From the sequence record PZ452591.1: a stretch of 64,000 nt of DNA; one strand, written 5' to 3'. The first letter of the stretch is position 1, and each line of letters opens with the position of its first letter. This document shows positions 28,422 to 39,212 of the stretch, in pieces. Both the position numbers and the translations under genes were made by a program. Source of the DNA: a phage. The notes under the pieces were generated by a model. That model had not been told where the DNA came from and searched no databases. It saw only the letters and a list, made by a program, of their open reading frames with translations.

Positions 28422-29264
28422 TTAATCAACTGCTATTGGATGAATAGCATTAAACTTATGAAATGCTTCTGATTTTTCTTTACGCGAAACGCACATGCGA
28501 AGAACCTTTAGTGGTTCATCTTCTTCACCCAACGATTTTCGTTTTTCAATATTCGATGTTTTCCAACGAGCTTGCTCTGGAAACTCTCTATTGATTTGCT
28601 CAAGCGCTCTATTATGTTTAGAATTACTACGAATTGAACTACACCCACCAGGAGCGTGTGATTTTCCAGATACAACTAGATATTTGAACAAGGCCAAATG
28701 CGGATAACCTTGATTAATTAAATTGAGAAATGCATACATATCTTCACATAAATCAATTTTTCCATACCCAATTTGTTCTGTCGTAAGTTTTCCGAGGTCA
28801 TACCATGTATTCGTGAATCCATATGAGTTTTCACGATAATTACCCCAAGATGAAGTAATTTTAAAAATTGGTAGACGAGCATGACCGTGATAATACCCGC
28901 AATCCATAGCATCCTCAACGTATTGAATTAATTCATAGAACTGTTCACGAGTTAATTGATTAATTTTATCTACGCGCCGTTTATCGTCTCTCTTTCGTAT
29001 TGAACTCATACGAATAGTAGTATCATCGTCAATCATCCAGATTCGTTGACCTGCATACATATCAGTAATTGCTTTACGAGTACCGGCAATTCCATTAACA
29101 TCATCAGGAATAGTTACAATTTTAGCTCTAGACCCATAAGCATCATAATAAGCTTTTTCTTCGTGTTCACGTACTACAATATGTGGTTCATAATCAGTCG
29201 GAAACATATCAAGGGCAGAAACTGCCCCTACACGTTGATAGCTTGGAATTACGAATTGAATCAT
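28422..29264 (-). CDS. putative DNA glycosyltransferase with DxD motif, at the beta-gt locus but not T4 beta-gt-like
   Basis: WMIDDDTT motif; ~280 aa against 351 aa for T4 beta-gt; ATGA overlap with gene 42. Confidence 0.55.
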   Translation of the reverse strand: MIQFVIPSYQRVGAVSALDMFPTDYEPHIVVREHEEKAYYDAYGSRAKIVTIPDDVNGIAGTRKAITDMYAGQRIWMIDDDTTIRMSSIRKRDDKRRVDKINQLTREQFYELIQYVEDAMDCGYYHGHARLPIFKITSSWGNYRENSYGFTNTWYDLGKLTTEQIGYGKIDLCEDMYAFLNLINQGYPHLALFKYLVVSGKSHAPGGCSSIRSNSKHNRALEQINREFPEQARWKTSNIEKRKSLGEEDEPLKVLRMCVSRKEKSEAFHKFNAIHPIAVD

Positions 29265-30001
29265 TTCCACTCACCGTTATAATCTTTTTTCACAATATGA
29301 GTTTCGCCAGTATTCCACCAATGATCAACCAAGTAAAAATGACGAGAATATACATGAAGACTTCCAACATTCCATATAATAGAACCTGCTTTATACTGAC
29401 GAGTTGAATCGCCTGCATTCAAATCAGATACTAATTTATCTAATACGTATTTTTGCCATGCATAATCATTACGGAATCCGAAGACCACGTCATTTGAGCG
29501 CATGTTAACAACCGCATTGATTTTCTTGTCACGAATTAAGTATTGTACTGTATTCGTACACATGAAATCTGACATACCATCTTTATTGTAGTCAAATTGC
29601 ATAGATGGACGAGTATAAATCATGATACCACGTCGAGAATCAGGATTTTGACCAAGTTCAGCTAAACACATATCATACTGGGCATAGTTATCTTCTGACC
29701 AGATAGCCCAACCATAATTCGAGTTAATTTCACCTTTAGAAGATGCTACTTGTTGCCAAATCTTCGGTGTTTCACCCGGAATATCTTTAACGAACAAGCT
29801 CTTAGATTTATACCATTCAAGTTCACGCTGAATGTATTCATCATTAAGAGCGCCAAAAATAAACGGTTCATCTGCTACAAATGATGCGCCAATAATTTCA
29901 ATAGTTTTAACGCCAGTTTTATCAACTACGAAATCTTTTTCCTTTAATGCAAGCCCCAAATGAAGACGGATTTCTTCAACTGTCATAGAGTCACTAATCA
30001 T
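29261..30001 (-). CDS. 42: gp42 dCMP hydroxymethylase (246 aa)
   Basis: Protein recognised as T4 gp42; length matches. Confidence 0.95.
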   Translation of the reverse strand: MISDSMTVEEIRLHLGLALKEKDFVVDKTGVKTIEIIGASFVADEPFIFGALNDEYIQRELEWYKSKSLFVKDIPGETPKIWQQVASSKGEINSNYGWAIWSEDNYAQYDMCLAELGQNPDSRRGIMIYTRPSMQFDYNKDGMSDFMCTNTVQYLIRDKKINAVVNMRSNDVVFGFRNDYAWQKYVLDKLVSDLNAGDSTRQYKAGSIIWNVGSLHVYSRHFYLVDHWWNTGETHIVKKDYNGEWK

Positions 30002-30008
30002 TTAAACC

Positions 30009-30158
30009 TCAATTGATACATTCATATTTAACTTGTAACAGTAATAAACTCCAACCTAAAACAATAGTTGGAATCATAAGAGGAACCGTTACACTATAGT
30101 ATATACTTATTATAACCATCAAGATTAAAAGCAACACTGCTATAATTTTGCTTTTCAT
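30009..30158 (-). CDS. small membrane protein (49 aa)
   Basis: ATGA overlap with imm; MKSKIIAVLLLILMVIISIYYSVTVPLMIP... Confidence 0.35.
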   Translation of the reverse strand: MKSKIIAVLLLILMVIISIYYSVTVPLMIPTIVLGWSLLLLQVKYECIN

Positions 30159-30406
30159 TCCTTCTCTCTGATGATAATTACCTGATTTGGCTGCGCAGAC
30201 TTTTTAGTTTCACCCGCAATTGACCAAATAAATGTAATAAACCAACCAATAATTGACCAGTTAAACAGCAAAGATGTGAAAAAGATTCCTACTGTCGATT
30301 TTGACCCACGCATCAAGGCAATAAACCATGGAAGCATGTATATAATAATAGCCAACACACCTGAAACTAAAACCATAAAAATTGAACCTGCTACTAAAGT
30401 TTCCAT
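30155..30406 (-). CDS. imm: Imm immunity (superinfection exclusion) membrane protein (83 aa)
   Basis: Position between 43 and 42 and size match T4 Imm; hydrophobic. Confidence 0.8.
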   Translation of the reverse strand: METLVAGSIFMVLVSGVLAIIIYMLPWFIALMRGSKSTVGIFFTSLLFNWSIIGWFITFIWSIAGETKKSAQPNQVIIIREKE

Positions 30407-30413
30407 GTTTTCC

Positions 30414-30794
30414 TCACTTAGTCAAATTTTTTACACATGAATTATAAGAATTCACTACATACTCCATCGGAGCATTTTTACCTGTACGCCATTGGTAATT
30501 ATTAGCCCAATTTGCCCAAAGTTCAGCGCAGTAGTTTTCAATTTTTTCTTCGCGTGTAATTACATCAGAATTACGATATGCTTGAGCAGATTCATCTGGA
30601 CGAATAGCCTCGTCAAAATTCGCCTGCATTTGTTCTACTGTCTGTTTTGGAGCTTCTTTATAACACTTGACGTTAGGATTATAAAATTTGCTTGAACAGT
30701 TTACAATTTTTCCTACATCAGAATGATTTACTACCGGTCCTTGAGCTACACAACCAGTAAGACCTAATGCAATAACCAAAATAGCGATTTTCAT
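30414..30794 (-). CDS. putative lipoprotein (126 aa)
   Basis: GGAGAATGAA SD then ATG at 30794; lipobox LTGC; track start is TTG. Confidence 0.55.
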   Translation of the reverse strand: MKIAILVIALGLTGCVAQGPVVNHSDVGKIVNCSSKFYNPNVKCYKEAPKQTVEQMQANFDEAIRPDESAQAYRNSDVITREEKIENYCAELWANWANNYQWRTGKNAPMEYVVNSYNSCVKNLTK

Positions 30795-30799
30795 TTCAT

Positions 30800-30870
30800 T
30801 CTCCAAATCCGTATCAGTTGATAGTTATATAGTACCATGGAAGAACAGTCTTGTAAACAGTTTTGTGAAA
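30800..30870 (-). promoter_or_regulatory. early promoter cassette (-35 GTTTAC 30853-30858)
   Basis: Conserved core CAGTTGATAGTTATATAGTACCA plus UP A/T tract. Confidence 0.5.
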
Positions 30871-30942
30871 AAAATTTTTAATGAATCCAAAAGGTCCAGA
30901 ATCATCCGTTTTTCATAAGTATAGATTTATATTACTTGTATG

Positions 30943-30964
30943 AAAAGGGGACCCGAAGGTCCCT
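30943..30964 (-). terminator. CUUCGG-type hairpin terminator after gene 43
   Basis: GGGGACC-CGAA-GGTCCCT then U4 on minus RNA. Confidence 0.55.
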
Positions 30965-30976
30965 AGATTTATTCTA

Positions 30977-33673
30977 TCAGCCAAACAGGAAGTCTAACGA
31001 AGCTTTTTCTTCATAGTCCATGCCAGCCGATTCACACATACCCGCAAGCGGTTTAACAAACGATTTTTGGAACAAAGTTGAGTAGTCAATCCAAGACAGT
31101 ACGTCAGAACGAATTTCTTTTGGAAGTTCTGTACCCGATGGCCAAGCAATGCACTTGTCGCCAAATGGATTTCCTTCACGTAATGGAAGAACCATTACCT
31201 TATTTCCATCCAAAATTGGAGCTACACCTAAACCGCTAACAGCTCGACGATAAGTTAGCACACCACGAATATGGAACGGGCATTTAAATCCTGGCCAACC
31301 TTTATCATCATATTTCGCTATATCGTTCGCAGTTTTTACTTCAGCAATAACTTTATAGTCAAGTTGACGATATTCTTTCTCGAAGTTCTTGTAATATTCT
31401 TGGACAGACTCTTCACCTTCCTGAAGAATACGACGAATACTTTCTTCGAGAGCTTCTTGCACTGCTTTTGGTGTTGAACTCTGCTGAGTTTCCATACCCA
31501 TGATTTTTAGATGCGGTTCAGCAAATCGCTTATCTTCCATATCATAAACGTTCAGAGCATAACGCTTTTTCGCTTTCCAAAATCCGCCAACGCCCTTTGA
31601 ACCAAGCGGAGGGCAAGAAATAGCTTCACGGTCCATATGCATCAGATGCTCGCGGTTATTCATATAATCGCATAACTCACGATATGCAACATCAATCATA
31701 GGTTCCATCTTTTTCTTACCGAACTGATTCATAAATTCAACTAAATCGTTCTGCTCTTTGAATCGGTCAAGACCTACTTTTTCAATGACTTTATCTACAC
31801 AAACATATACCGAATCAGTATCACCTGCTGCAATGAAATCTTCATCATTAGTTCCGCATACTTTATTCAGATATTCATTAATTTTACGAGCAATCCACTG
31901 AATACCAACTTGGCCGAAAATTGTGATAGCAGTAGCATTTCGCAAATCATAGTAACGGAAATGAATATTACCAAGAGCACCATAAAGACTGTTAATAAGA
32001 ATTTTACGGTTCAGCTGATTTGTGTTAGCAAGTGTAGCCGCTTTTTCACATTCTTCAATCAGACTATTGAGAACGGATTCGGTGTAATTCGATAGTTCAT
32101 TTAAGAAATCATCACTGAACTTAACATATCGTTCAACTTCTGGTTTAGTTGAACAGGACCCTGCGCCTTTCATAATAATCTTTTTAATAGCTTCGGCATT
32201 CATTTCTTCAGCGAACATTTTCTTTTTCCAATCTTTACGCTGGAAAAATACTTTAGCGATTTCCTTTGGAATGATACCTTCTTGATGCTTATCATACATC
32301 CATCCATTCGGAGAACAAGAATATTCATCACTTGGTTTAGGAGCTGTTCCTGCGATATATTCATGAATTGGATGAACTTTAAACTGACCACGAATAGTCT
32401 CAGGACTAATGTTAACCTGACGAATAATGCTCGGATACAGAGACGTCAAGTCAAAACTCATAATATATCGACGAGCAATTGGTTTAGGTTCAAATACAAA
32501 TGCACCCGGAAAACTTTGTTTAACGTGCGAACCTTGTTGAGGAATAACCTTATGTTCACATTTCAATGAGTTAAAAATAATAGCATCCCAAGTTTTAATA
32601 GGACTCATTACACCAGAAAAAGGCATTTTAGCGTAATAAGACATACTTAAAACTAGATCGATAAACCCGCGAATTTTATCAATTGCTTGAACTGATTCTA
32701 CGTCAATGATGTTATAACTAATGTATCGTTGATGATTAGTCTCACGGAGTTTATTAATAGGACCGTCGTATGGTAATTTACCTTTTTTGGTTTCATGTTG
32801 AGCAACTGATTCCAAAGAGAATGACGGCAAATTAGTAAAAGCGAATTTCTTGTACAAATCTAAATAATCAAGAATAGATACGCCATCAATAGAATAAATT
32901 TCTTTGCTACCGTACATATTTTGAATTAGTTTAGATTTTACCCGACCGATTGGAGAGAAACGTTTCATACTGCGTTCACCTAGAATCATTTTAACGCGAT
33001 TCATGATATACGGAACGTCAAATCCCTCAATATTCCAACCAGTAAAAATAGCAGGTCGTTTCTGTTCCCAGAGATTGATATATTCCATGAGCATATCACG
33101 CTCATTATCGAATGGCATATAAATTACTCGGTCAAGAATTTCTTGAGGAACTTCATCACCACCTTCACAGTCAAGCTTAGCAGCTAACTTTGCATCCCAT
33201 TTTGATACTGAACCGTACATTGAATTCAAAAGGTCGAAAACATAAAAACGATCGTCAATTGAATCGTAATGAGTGATAGCATCAATTTCATATTCTGCTT
33301 TCATTGGGTCAGGAAATTTATCACCAGTAACCTCAATGTCACAGTTAGCTACACGAACAAATTTTCGGTCATAAACAATTTCTGAACCATACGTATCACT
33401 GATATAAGCGAGTTTAAAATCGTTCATACCAAGAGCTTCGAGACCGATGTCTTCCATTCGCTTCATCCAATCTCGAGCATCTTTCATTGATGGAAATTTT
33501 TGAGGAGCGCAATTTTTACCATAAATGTCTTTATACTTTGACTCTTCCTTACAATGCCTAAACATAGTCGGAAGATATTCTACTTCACGAGTACGTTCCT
33601 TTCCGTTTTCATCAATATAACGTTCAACAATGTTATTTCCGACTGTTTCAATAGAGATATAAAATTCTTTCAT
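30977..33673 (-). CDS. 43: gp43 DNA polymerase (family B, 898 aa), uninterrupted
   Basis: Protein recognised as T4 gp43 over full length. Confidence 0.97.
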   Translation of the reverse strand: MKEFYISIETVGNNIVERYIDENGKERTREVEYLPTMFRHCKEESKYKDIYGKNCAPQKFPSMKDARDWMKRMEDIGLEALGMNDFKLAYISDTYGSEIVYDRKFVRVANCDIEVTGDKFPDPMKAEYEIDAITHYDSIDDRFYVFDLLNSMYGSVSKWDAKLAAKLDCEGGDEVPQEILDRVIYMPFDNERDMLMEYINLWEQKRPAIFTGWNIEGFDVPYIMNRVKMILGERSMKRFSPIGRVKSKLIQNMYGSKEIYSIDGVSILDYLDLYKKFAFTNLPSFSLESVAQHETKKGKLPYDGPINKLRETNHQRYISYNIIDVESVQAIDKIRGFIDLVLSMSYYAKMPFSGVMSPIKTWDAIIFNSLKCEHKVIPQQGSHVKQSFPGAFVFEPKPIARRYIMSFDLTSLYPSIIRQVNISPETIRGQFKVHPIHEYIAGTAPKPSDEYSCSPNGWMYDKHQEGIIPKEIAKVFFQRKDWKKKMFAEEMNAEAIKKIIMKGAGSCSTKPEVERYVKFSDDFLNELSNYTESVLNSLIEECEKAATLANTNQLNRKILINSLYGALGNIHFRYYDLRNATAITIFGQVGIQWIARKINEYLNKVCGTNDEDFIAAGDTDSVYVCVDKVIEKVGLDRFKEQNDLVEFMNQFGKKKMEPMIDVAYRELCDYMNNREHLMHMDREAISCPPLGSKGVGGFWKAKKRYALNVYDMEDKRFAEPHLKIMGMETQQSSTPKAVQEALEESIRRILQEGEESVQEYYKNFEKEYRQLDYKVIAEVKTANDIAKYDDKGWPGFKCPFHIRGVLTYRRAVSGLGVAPILDGNKVMVLPLREGNPFGDKCIAWPSGTELPKEIRSDVLSWIDYSTLFQKSFVKPLAGMCESAGMDYEEKASLDFLFG

Positions 33674-33733
33674 AGATATTCCTTAGTTTATAGCCCGAGT
33701 TATTAGGCTCTTGATATATTATACTCCAAATAA

Positions 33734-33747
33734 GGGGCCGAAGCCCC
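33734..33747 (-). terminator. intercistronic CUUCGG-type hairpin between regA and 43
   Basis: GGGGC-CGAA-GCCCC. Confidence 0.4.
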
Positions 33748-33751
33748 TTGC

Positions 33752-34120
33752 TTAATTACCAATCGTATATTTAGGAACGAGTTTCCATTCATGTTTTTGT
33801 TTAAAAGAAATAACTCGGAAGTTATTAGTTAAATCTTTCATAAAAGTTCTTTGACCAGGAACGATTTCAATCAGTCCCCAATCTTCTAACAACCATGCAA
33901 TCGAATCACGACGAACTTCATCTTCTTCTGTCATTTCAACTTGGCGACCATCCATACGAAGCATTTCTTTAAAATGAACGATATAGTATAGTCCTTTTTT
34001 CTGAAGAATATGACAGGACTGATACAGAACTTTATCTTTATTATTAGCAATTCCCATACGAGTCAAAGTTTCTTTTACTTTCAGAAAATCTTCAGGTTTT
34101 TTAAGAGTAATTTCAATCAT
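33752..34120 (-). CDS. regA: RegA translational repressor (122 aa)
   Basis: Protein recognised as T4 RegA. Confidence 0.9.
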   Translation of the reverse strand: MIEITLKKPEDFLKVKETLTRMGIANNKDKVLYQSCHILQKKGLYYIVHFKEMLRMDGRQVEMTEEDEVRRDSIAWLLEDWGLIEIVPGQRTFMKDLTNNFRVISFKQKHEWKLVPKYTIGN

Positions 34121-34121
34121 T

Positions 34122-34685
34122 TTACCATTCCAATGCTAGTTTTTTGAGTTGTTTCTGTTCTTTTACGTTCTTAGTCACTTCTTTCAAAAAATCATCCGTG
34201 ACTAAACCTTTTAGTTCTTTTAATACTAAAGGAAGTTTTCCATTTTTAGTAAGAATTGATTTATAGTTAATTGCATCATTTGTATTAACTTGATACCGCT
34301 TAGCAAGTAACTTAATAATCAATACTTCGGTGGAATCTTCAACCAATTTTGCCCATTTACCATATCTTTTACCACGAGGAACTGCAGCCATTAGATAATT
34401 AAAATGAGATTCATCACTTAATCCAGAACCGATTAAATTCATTGCATATACAGCTGGCATGCACTCTGGAAATTGTGATAATGCATTTTCAACCATGAAT
34501 TTTGAATAATCTTTTTGAGCAATAGAGCATTTAGTTTTATTATTAATAGCTCCAATTATTTCAAAAAATTCATTTTCAGCTTTTTCCTTAAAAGAATCAG
34601 CAGCGGATTGGACAGCTGTCCAATCTTTTGAATACCAAGCAATCTGATGCTCGTTTAATTGAATATCATCTTCAAATAAGCTCAT
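34122..34685 (-). CDS. 62: gp62 clamp-loader small subunit (187 aa)
   Basis: Protein recognised as T4 gp62. Confidence 0.9.
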   Translation of the reverse strand: MSLFEDDIQLNEHQIAWYSKDWTAVQSAADSFKEKAENEFFEIIGAINNKTKCSIAQKDYSKFMVENALSQFPECMPAVYAMNLIGSGLSDESHFNYLMAAVPRGKRYGKWAKLVEDSTEVLIIKLLAKRYQVNTNDAINYKSILTKNGKLPLVLKELKGLVTDDFLKEVTKNVKEQKQLKKLALEW

Positions 34686-34686
34686 A

Positions 34687-35646
34687 TCACTTCCACTGCA
34701 TTTCGCATGCTAATTGAATGAAAAGATAAGCTAGATGCAATTCAGTATTAGCTGCAATACCATGATACTGATTATTTTCACCGACAATTTCGTACATACG
34801 AATAATACTCTGTGGAGTTACACGTGAATAGATTTCTTCGGCAAGTTTACCAACGAACCACGAATAATCAGCTGCATATTTTGGTGCTAAAGCTCTGAGT
34901 TGTTTAACATCTTTATTTTTGAGAGACTCAAGAACATCATCAATAGCACCACGATCGTTAGTAACCAGTGATAAAATACCAGCATCCAAAACACCTTTAG
35001 ATGAATAACTATCGAGCTCGCCAATAGTTTTACGAAAATCAGGAAAATTCTTTTTAACCAAAGCTGCTACAACTTTCATATCAGCTATAGCAATTCCTTC
35101 ATGCTTGCAGATTTCAGTCAATCGACGAATCATCTGCTTCATCATTTCAATTTTATCTTCATCAGTTGGTTGACCGAATGTAATAACTCGGCAGCGTGAC
35201 TGAAGTGGTTTAATAATACCATCAATATTGTTAGCAGTAATAATAATACTACAGTTTGAACTATAAGCTTCCATAAAGGAACGAAGATGTCGCTGAGACT
35301 CTGCTAACCCTGAACGGTCAAATTCATCAATAACGATTACTTTTTGTCGACCATCAAATGAAGCTGCACTAGCAAAATTAGTCAAAGGACCACGAACGAA
35401 ATCAATTTTACAGTCTGACCCATTCACAAACATCATATCAGCATTTACATCATGACACAATGCTTTTGCTACAGTTGTTTTACCTGTTCCTGGAGAAGGA
35501 GAATGAAGAATAATATGTGGAATCTTACCTTTACTTGTAATAGATTTAAAGGTTTCTTTATCAAAGGCGGGAAGAATACATTCATCGATAGTAGATGGAC
35601 GATATTTCTGTTCAAGAATGTGTTCTTTTTCATTTACGGTAATCAT
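34687..35646 (-). CDS. 44: gp44 clamp-loader ATPase (319 aa)
   Basis: Walker [11 protein letters not shown]; GAGGAA SD then ATG at 35646; track start is TTG. Confidence 0.9.
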
Positions 35647-35681
35647 AATTTCCTCATTCAAGTTTTAGTGTAAATTATAAA

Positions 35682-35693
35682 GGGCCGAAGCCC
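35682..35693 (-). terminator. intercistronic CUUCGG-type hairpin between 45 and 44
   Basis: GGGC-CGAA-GCCC. Confidence 0.4.
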
Positions 35694-35697
35694 TCTA

Positions 35698-36384
35698 TTA
35701 AAAATCGTGGGTAGAATCAGCTTCAAGAGCTACTACATAATTCGCATGTTCACCTTCAAATTTAGCAGCACCTTGTTTACCTTTTGCCCAGAGCAGAAGT
35801 TTATAATTTCCTGGTTGCATTTTCATATTTGCCATATTGATAATGAAATTAAATGTATTTTCACCATCATAATCACCAAGAGTCAAAGAATATTTAACAC
35901 GGGTCAGAGCAGAATCTTCTACTTTATTAAAACCGTTAATTACGATTTTACCTTCTTTTACCGTGATAGCAATTGTATCAATTTGCAGACCACGAGATAC
36001 ACGCAACAGTTGTTGAAGGTCTTCAGCTTTAATTTCAGTAACAACAGATGCTACCGGGAATGGAATTGGTTTATTAGGAGCAACTACTGTACTCGGATCG
36101 GCTGCTGGCCAAAAAATTGTTGAGCGGGCATCAGCAATTTTAATATTTCCATCTTCTGACTGGGAAATTTCTGCATCATCATTAACTAGAGACAGAATAC
36201 CGAGAAAACCGTTCAAATCGTAAATCGCTACATCAAAATCAATAACGTCAGAAATATTTGCTTCCGCATAAGTTGTACCATTAACTGCGCGAGTCATAAT
36301 AAATTGACCGGATTTAAGCATAATACCGGAGTTAATAGTAGCGAAATTTTTAAGCAAAGCAGTAGTATCTTTAGACAGTTTCAT
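35698..36384 (-). CDS. 45: gp45 sliding clamp (228 aa)
   Basis: Protein recognised as T4 gp45. Confidence 0.9.
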   Translation of the reverse strand: MKLSKDTTALLKNFATINSGIMLKSGQFIMTRAVNGTTYAEANISDVIDFDVAIYDLNGFLGILSLVNDDAEISQSEDGNIKIADARSTIFWPAADPSTVVAPNKPIPFPVASVVTEIKAEDLQQLLRVSRGLQIDTIAITVKEGKIVINGFNKVEDSALTRVKYSLTLGDYDGENTFNFIINMANMKMQPGNYKLLLWAKGKQGAAKFEGEHANYVVALEADSTHDF

Positions 36385-36439
36385 GTAATTTCCTTCAATT
36401 CAAATGAGATTTAATTTTATAACTAATTTAATAAAGCAA

Positions 36440-36829
36440 TTAACGATTAAAATCAGCCGCAATTGTTTCCGCAACAATTTGAGCAGCAACAATTAGACGT
36501 TCATCTGCATTACCGCAATAATCATCTTCAAGGCGTTCACCACATGAAGTCATAATAAATTTAGCACCGGCGTTTAGGGATTCTGTAGTATGTTTGCGCA
36601 TTAGTTCAATCCATTTATTACTTACTTCACGATCGATAGCTTCATAATACGCATGACGAGCAGGTGCAGATTTAATTTTATTCTGAATAACTTCCATTGC
36701 GTTATCAGAAAGAGACAAAACCCATGCTCGACGAATTTTATTTTGGTTTTGTGGATTTGATTCAGAACGCACGTGTTTTGGCTGAATATCTTTTACATCA
36801 ACGTTATAATTCACAGTAATTTTAGTCAT
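36440..36829 (-). CDS. rpbA: RpbA RNA polymerase-binding protein (129 aa)
   Basis: Position between 46 and 45 and size match T4 RpbA. Confidence 0.7.
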   Translation of the reverse strand: MTKITVNYNVDVKDIQPKHVRSESNPQNQNKIRRAWVLSLSDNAMEVIQNKIKSAPARHAYYEAIDREVSNKWIELMRKHTTESLNAGAKFIMTSCGERLEDDYCGNADERLIVAAQIVAETIAADFNR

Positions 36830-36838
36830 AATACACCT

Positions 36839-37027
36839 TTAGTCATAATAATCAGTAACAGTCCAAGCTTCATTTCTATTGGACATTATTTTTGTATATT
36901 CTGCTTTAAATGCATTCCTAAGCATAGATTCAGTAACTATATGCTCTTCATTAGAAAAATTATTTCTCAGAATATATCGTTTTATTTCAGGAATAGTTAA
37001 TAGATGCTGTCCAGTTGAATATTCCAT
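36839..37027 (-). CDS. hypothetical protein (62 aa)
   Basis: GGAGGAAAAAC SD. Confidence 0.45.
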   Translation of the reverse strand: MEYSTGQHLLTIPEIKRYILRNNFSNEEHIVTESMLRNAFKAEYTKIMSNRNEAWTVTDYYD

Positions 37028-37082
37028 GTTTTTCCTCCATAGAGATTATACTCTAATAAATTAAAGCATAATCTCTTATAAA

Positions 37083-38765
37083 TTAAACCATTACAGTAAA
37101 TCGACCAACTTTCTTCATTTGAAGATGCTGACCATATTCTTGCGGGTCATGGTCTTTATGCGAAATTATAAAAACATTAGTGTTTTTCATTGAATTTATA
37201 ATATTAGCTACACCTTTAATACCTTCGGCATCAAATGACCCATCAAACACTTCATCGAGTATTAATGTACTAATACTAACACCAGATACAATAGAAGCAA
37301 TATCACGCCAAGTAAATAAAAGAGCAATATCAATTCTTGCTTTTTCACCTTCACTAAATGAAGCATAACTAAAATCTTCGCGACCACGGGATTTAATTGT
37401 CTCATTAAATTCTTCATCTAATGTAAACACATAATCCGCTTCCATTATTTTAAGATAATGGTTAATCTGCTTATTAAATAATGGAATGTACTTTTTAATA
37501 ATAGCACCTTTAATGCCAGAATCTTTGAGCATATCAGTCAAAATTCCTCGGTGGTATTTTTCCATTACTAAATTAGTTTTTGTCTTAACAATTTTATCAA
37601 GTTCTTCTTGAAGCAGTGCTATTTCATCAGCATGGTCAATAAACTCAGAAGATGCTTTTTCTATAGCCGCTTTAACTTTTTTAGCTTTATCTACCGTTGT
37701 GATTAGAGATTGCTTTTTATTGCGAATATCATTTGCCAACGACTGCTGGGTTTTAATATTATCTCGGTATTCATCAACAAGAACTTTTAAATTATCACGA
37801 TGTGTTGAAAGCTGTTCAAACGAATGCGTGCATTCAGAAACTTTATCTTTAATTTTAGAAACAACTTTATCACCGGAACTCAATTGTGACAAACAGGTTG
37901 GACATAATCCACCTTCGTGATACATATTAATGACTTTATTATATGAGTCAATTTTTGATTTAATTAAAACTGCTTCTTGACCGATTTTATTAAATGCATC
38001 AGTCGGGTCTTCATCTAAAACAATATTAACTAATCTTTCATTAGCTTCTTCTATTTCCGATTTTAGCGTTCTAGCTTCTTTTGCCAAATCATCATACATA
38101 TTTTGCAGACGAGTAAGGTTGTCACCCGTTAATTTTTTCTGGCGTTCAACGTTATCATTATATATTTTAATTTGTTGGATAATACTATCTTTTTTAACAT
38201 CAAGCACTTGGTTTTGTGAATTTAATTCGCGTATTAGTGCTTTATTAAGCTTATCCATTTCAGCTAATGTTCCTACCTCGAGCAGGTCTTCCACAAGCTT
38301 TCTTCGCGCAGGGGTCGACAAACCCATGAAAGGGGTATACCCTGCTGTACCAAGGACAACAATCTGCTTGAAACTGGCATATGACATTCCGATAAGCTGT
38401 TCAAATTCTGCTTGGAAATCTTTACTGCTGGCAGATTCATTAAGACGTGTACCGTTAACGGTGATTTCGAAAACGTTCGGTTTTTGTCCTCTTTTGATAT
38501 AGTACTTTTTCTCATCATATTCCATCCACAGTTCAACTAAAAGTTCTTTCTTATTTGTGCTGTTTATTAATTGACCTTTCTTTACATCACGAAATGGCTT
38601 GCCAAAAAGCCCAAATGTGATGGCTTCTAACATAGTAGACTTACCACCGCCATTTCGGCCAGTAATAAGAGTTTTTTGAACCTTATCTAATTGAATGTCA
38701 ATAGGATTTCCACCTACTGACATTATATTTTGATACCTAACTCGGTTTAGTTTAAAATTCTTCAC
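37083..38765 (-). CDS. 46: gp46 recombination nuclease subunit (Rad50/SbcC-like, 560 aa)
   Basis: Walker A GRNGGGKST, coiled-coil middle, CxxC hook, Walker B; apparent GTG start with AAGGA SD. Confidence 0.9.
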   Translation of the reverse strand: MKNFKLNRVRYQNIMSVGGNPIDIQLDKVQKTLITGRNGGGKSTMLEAITFGLFGKPFRDVKKGQLINSTNKKELLVELWMEYDEKKYYIKRGQKPNVFEITVNGTRLNESASSKDFQAEFEQLIGMSYASFKQIVVLGTAGYTPFMGLSTPARRKLVEDLLEVGTLAEMDKLNKALIRELNSQNQVLDVKKDSIIQQIKIYNDNVERQKKLTGDNLTRLQNMYDDLAKEARTLKSEIEEANERLVNIVLDEDPTDAFNKIGQEAVLIKSKIDSYNKVINMYHEGGLCPTCLSQLSSGDKVVSKIKDKVSECTHSFEQLSTHRDNLKVLVDEYRDNIKTQQSLANDIRNKKQSLITTVDKAKKVKAAIEKASSEFIDHADEIALLQEELDKIVKTKTNLVMEKYHRGILTDMLKDSGIKGAIIKKYIPLFNKQINHYLKIMEADYVFTLDEEFNETIKSRGREDFSYASFSEGEKARIDIALLFTWRDIASIVSGVSISTLILDEVFDGSFDAEGIKGVANIINSMKNTNVFIISHKDHDPQEYGQHLQMKKVGRFTVMV

Positions 38766-39025
38766 AAAAGATTCCTTTTAATGTATCTTTTAGACCATTC
38801 TATCATATCATCATAATCTAAAAAGTATTCATCAAATTCAGCCATGCAAACAACACCTTGTGCTGTTTTTGATGTAATATAAATTATTCCAACATATCTA
38901 GAATCTTCTTCGATATAATCAATATTTGCTATGAATTCATCATTAATGTCAAATGTCGAAAACTTCACAGTATGCATCCTTAATACAAGATACAGCCATA
39001 TCTCGTAATGATTTAGGTGTGTCAT
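38762..39025 (-). CDS. hypothetical protein between 47 and 46; start uncertain
   Basis: ORF overlaps neighbour by up to 77 nt; no clean SD at either candidate ATG. Confidence 0.35.
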   Translation of the reverse strand: MTHLNHYEIWLYLVLRMHTVKFSTFDINDEFIANIDYIEEDSRYVGIIYITSKTAQGVVCMAEFDEYFLDYDDMIEWSKRYIKRNLL

Positions 39026-39212
39026 TATCTAAAATGTTGAAGTTAAAAGATACAGCCCAGTCAGTGCAGACTGTAACCTTTTTAATACAATTATCTTCAA
39101 CTTCTAGCGGTTCAAACCAGTATTCAATAATTTCTTTATGACCAATATCATCTTTCACTTCACATTTAAAATGCTGACTCATCATAACATTTTTAAATTC
39201 ATCAAAAGTCAT
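38949..39212 (-). CDS. hypothetical protein (87 aa)
   Basis: ATGA overlap with gene 47. Confidence 0.45.
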   Translation of the reverse strand: MTFDEFKNVMMSQHFKCEVKDDIGHKEIIEYWFEPLEVEDNCIKKVTVCTDWAVSFNFNILDNDTPKSLRDMAVSCIKDAYCEVFDI

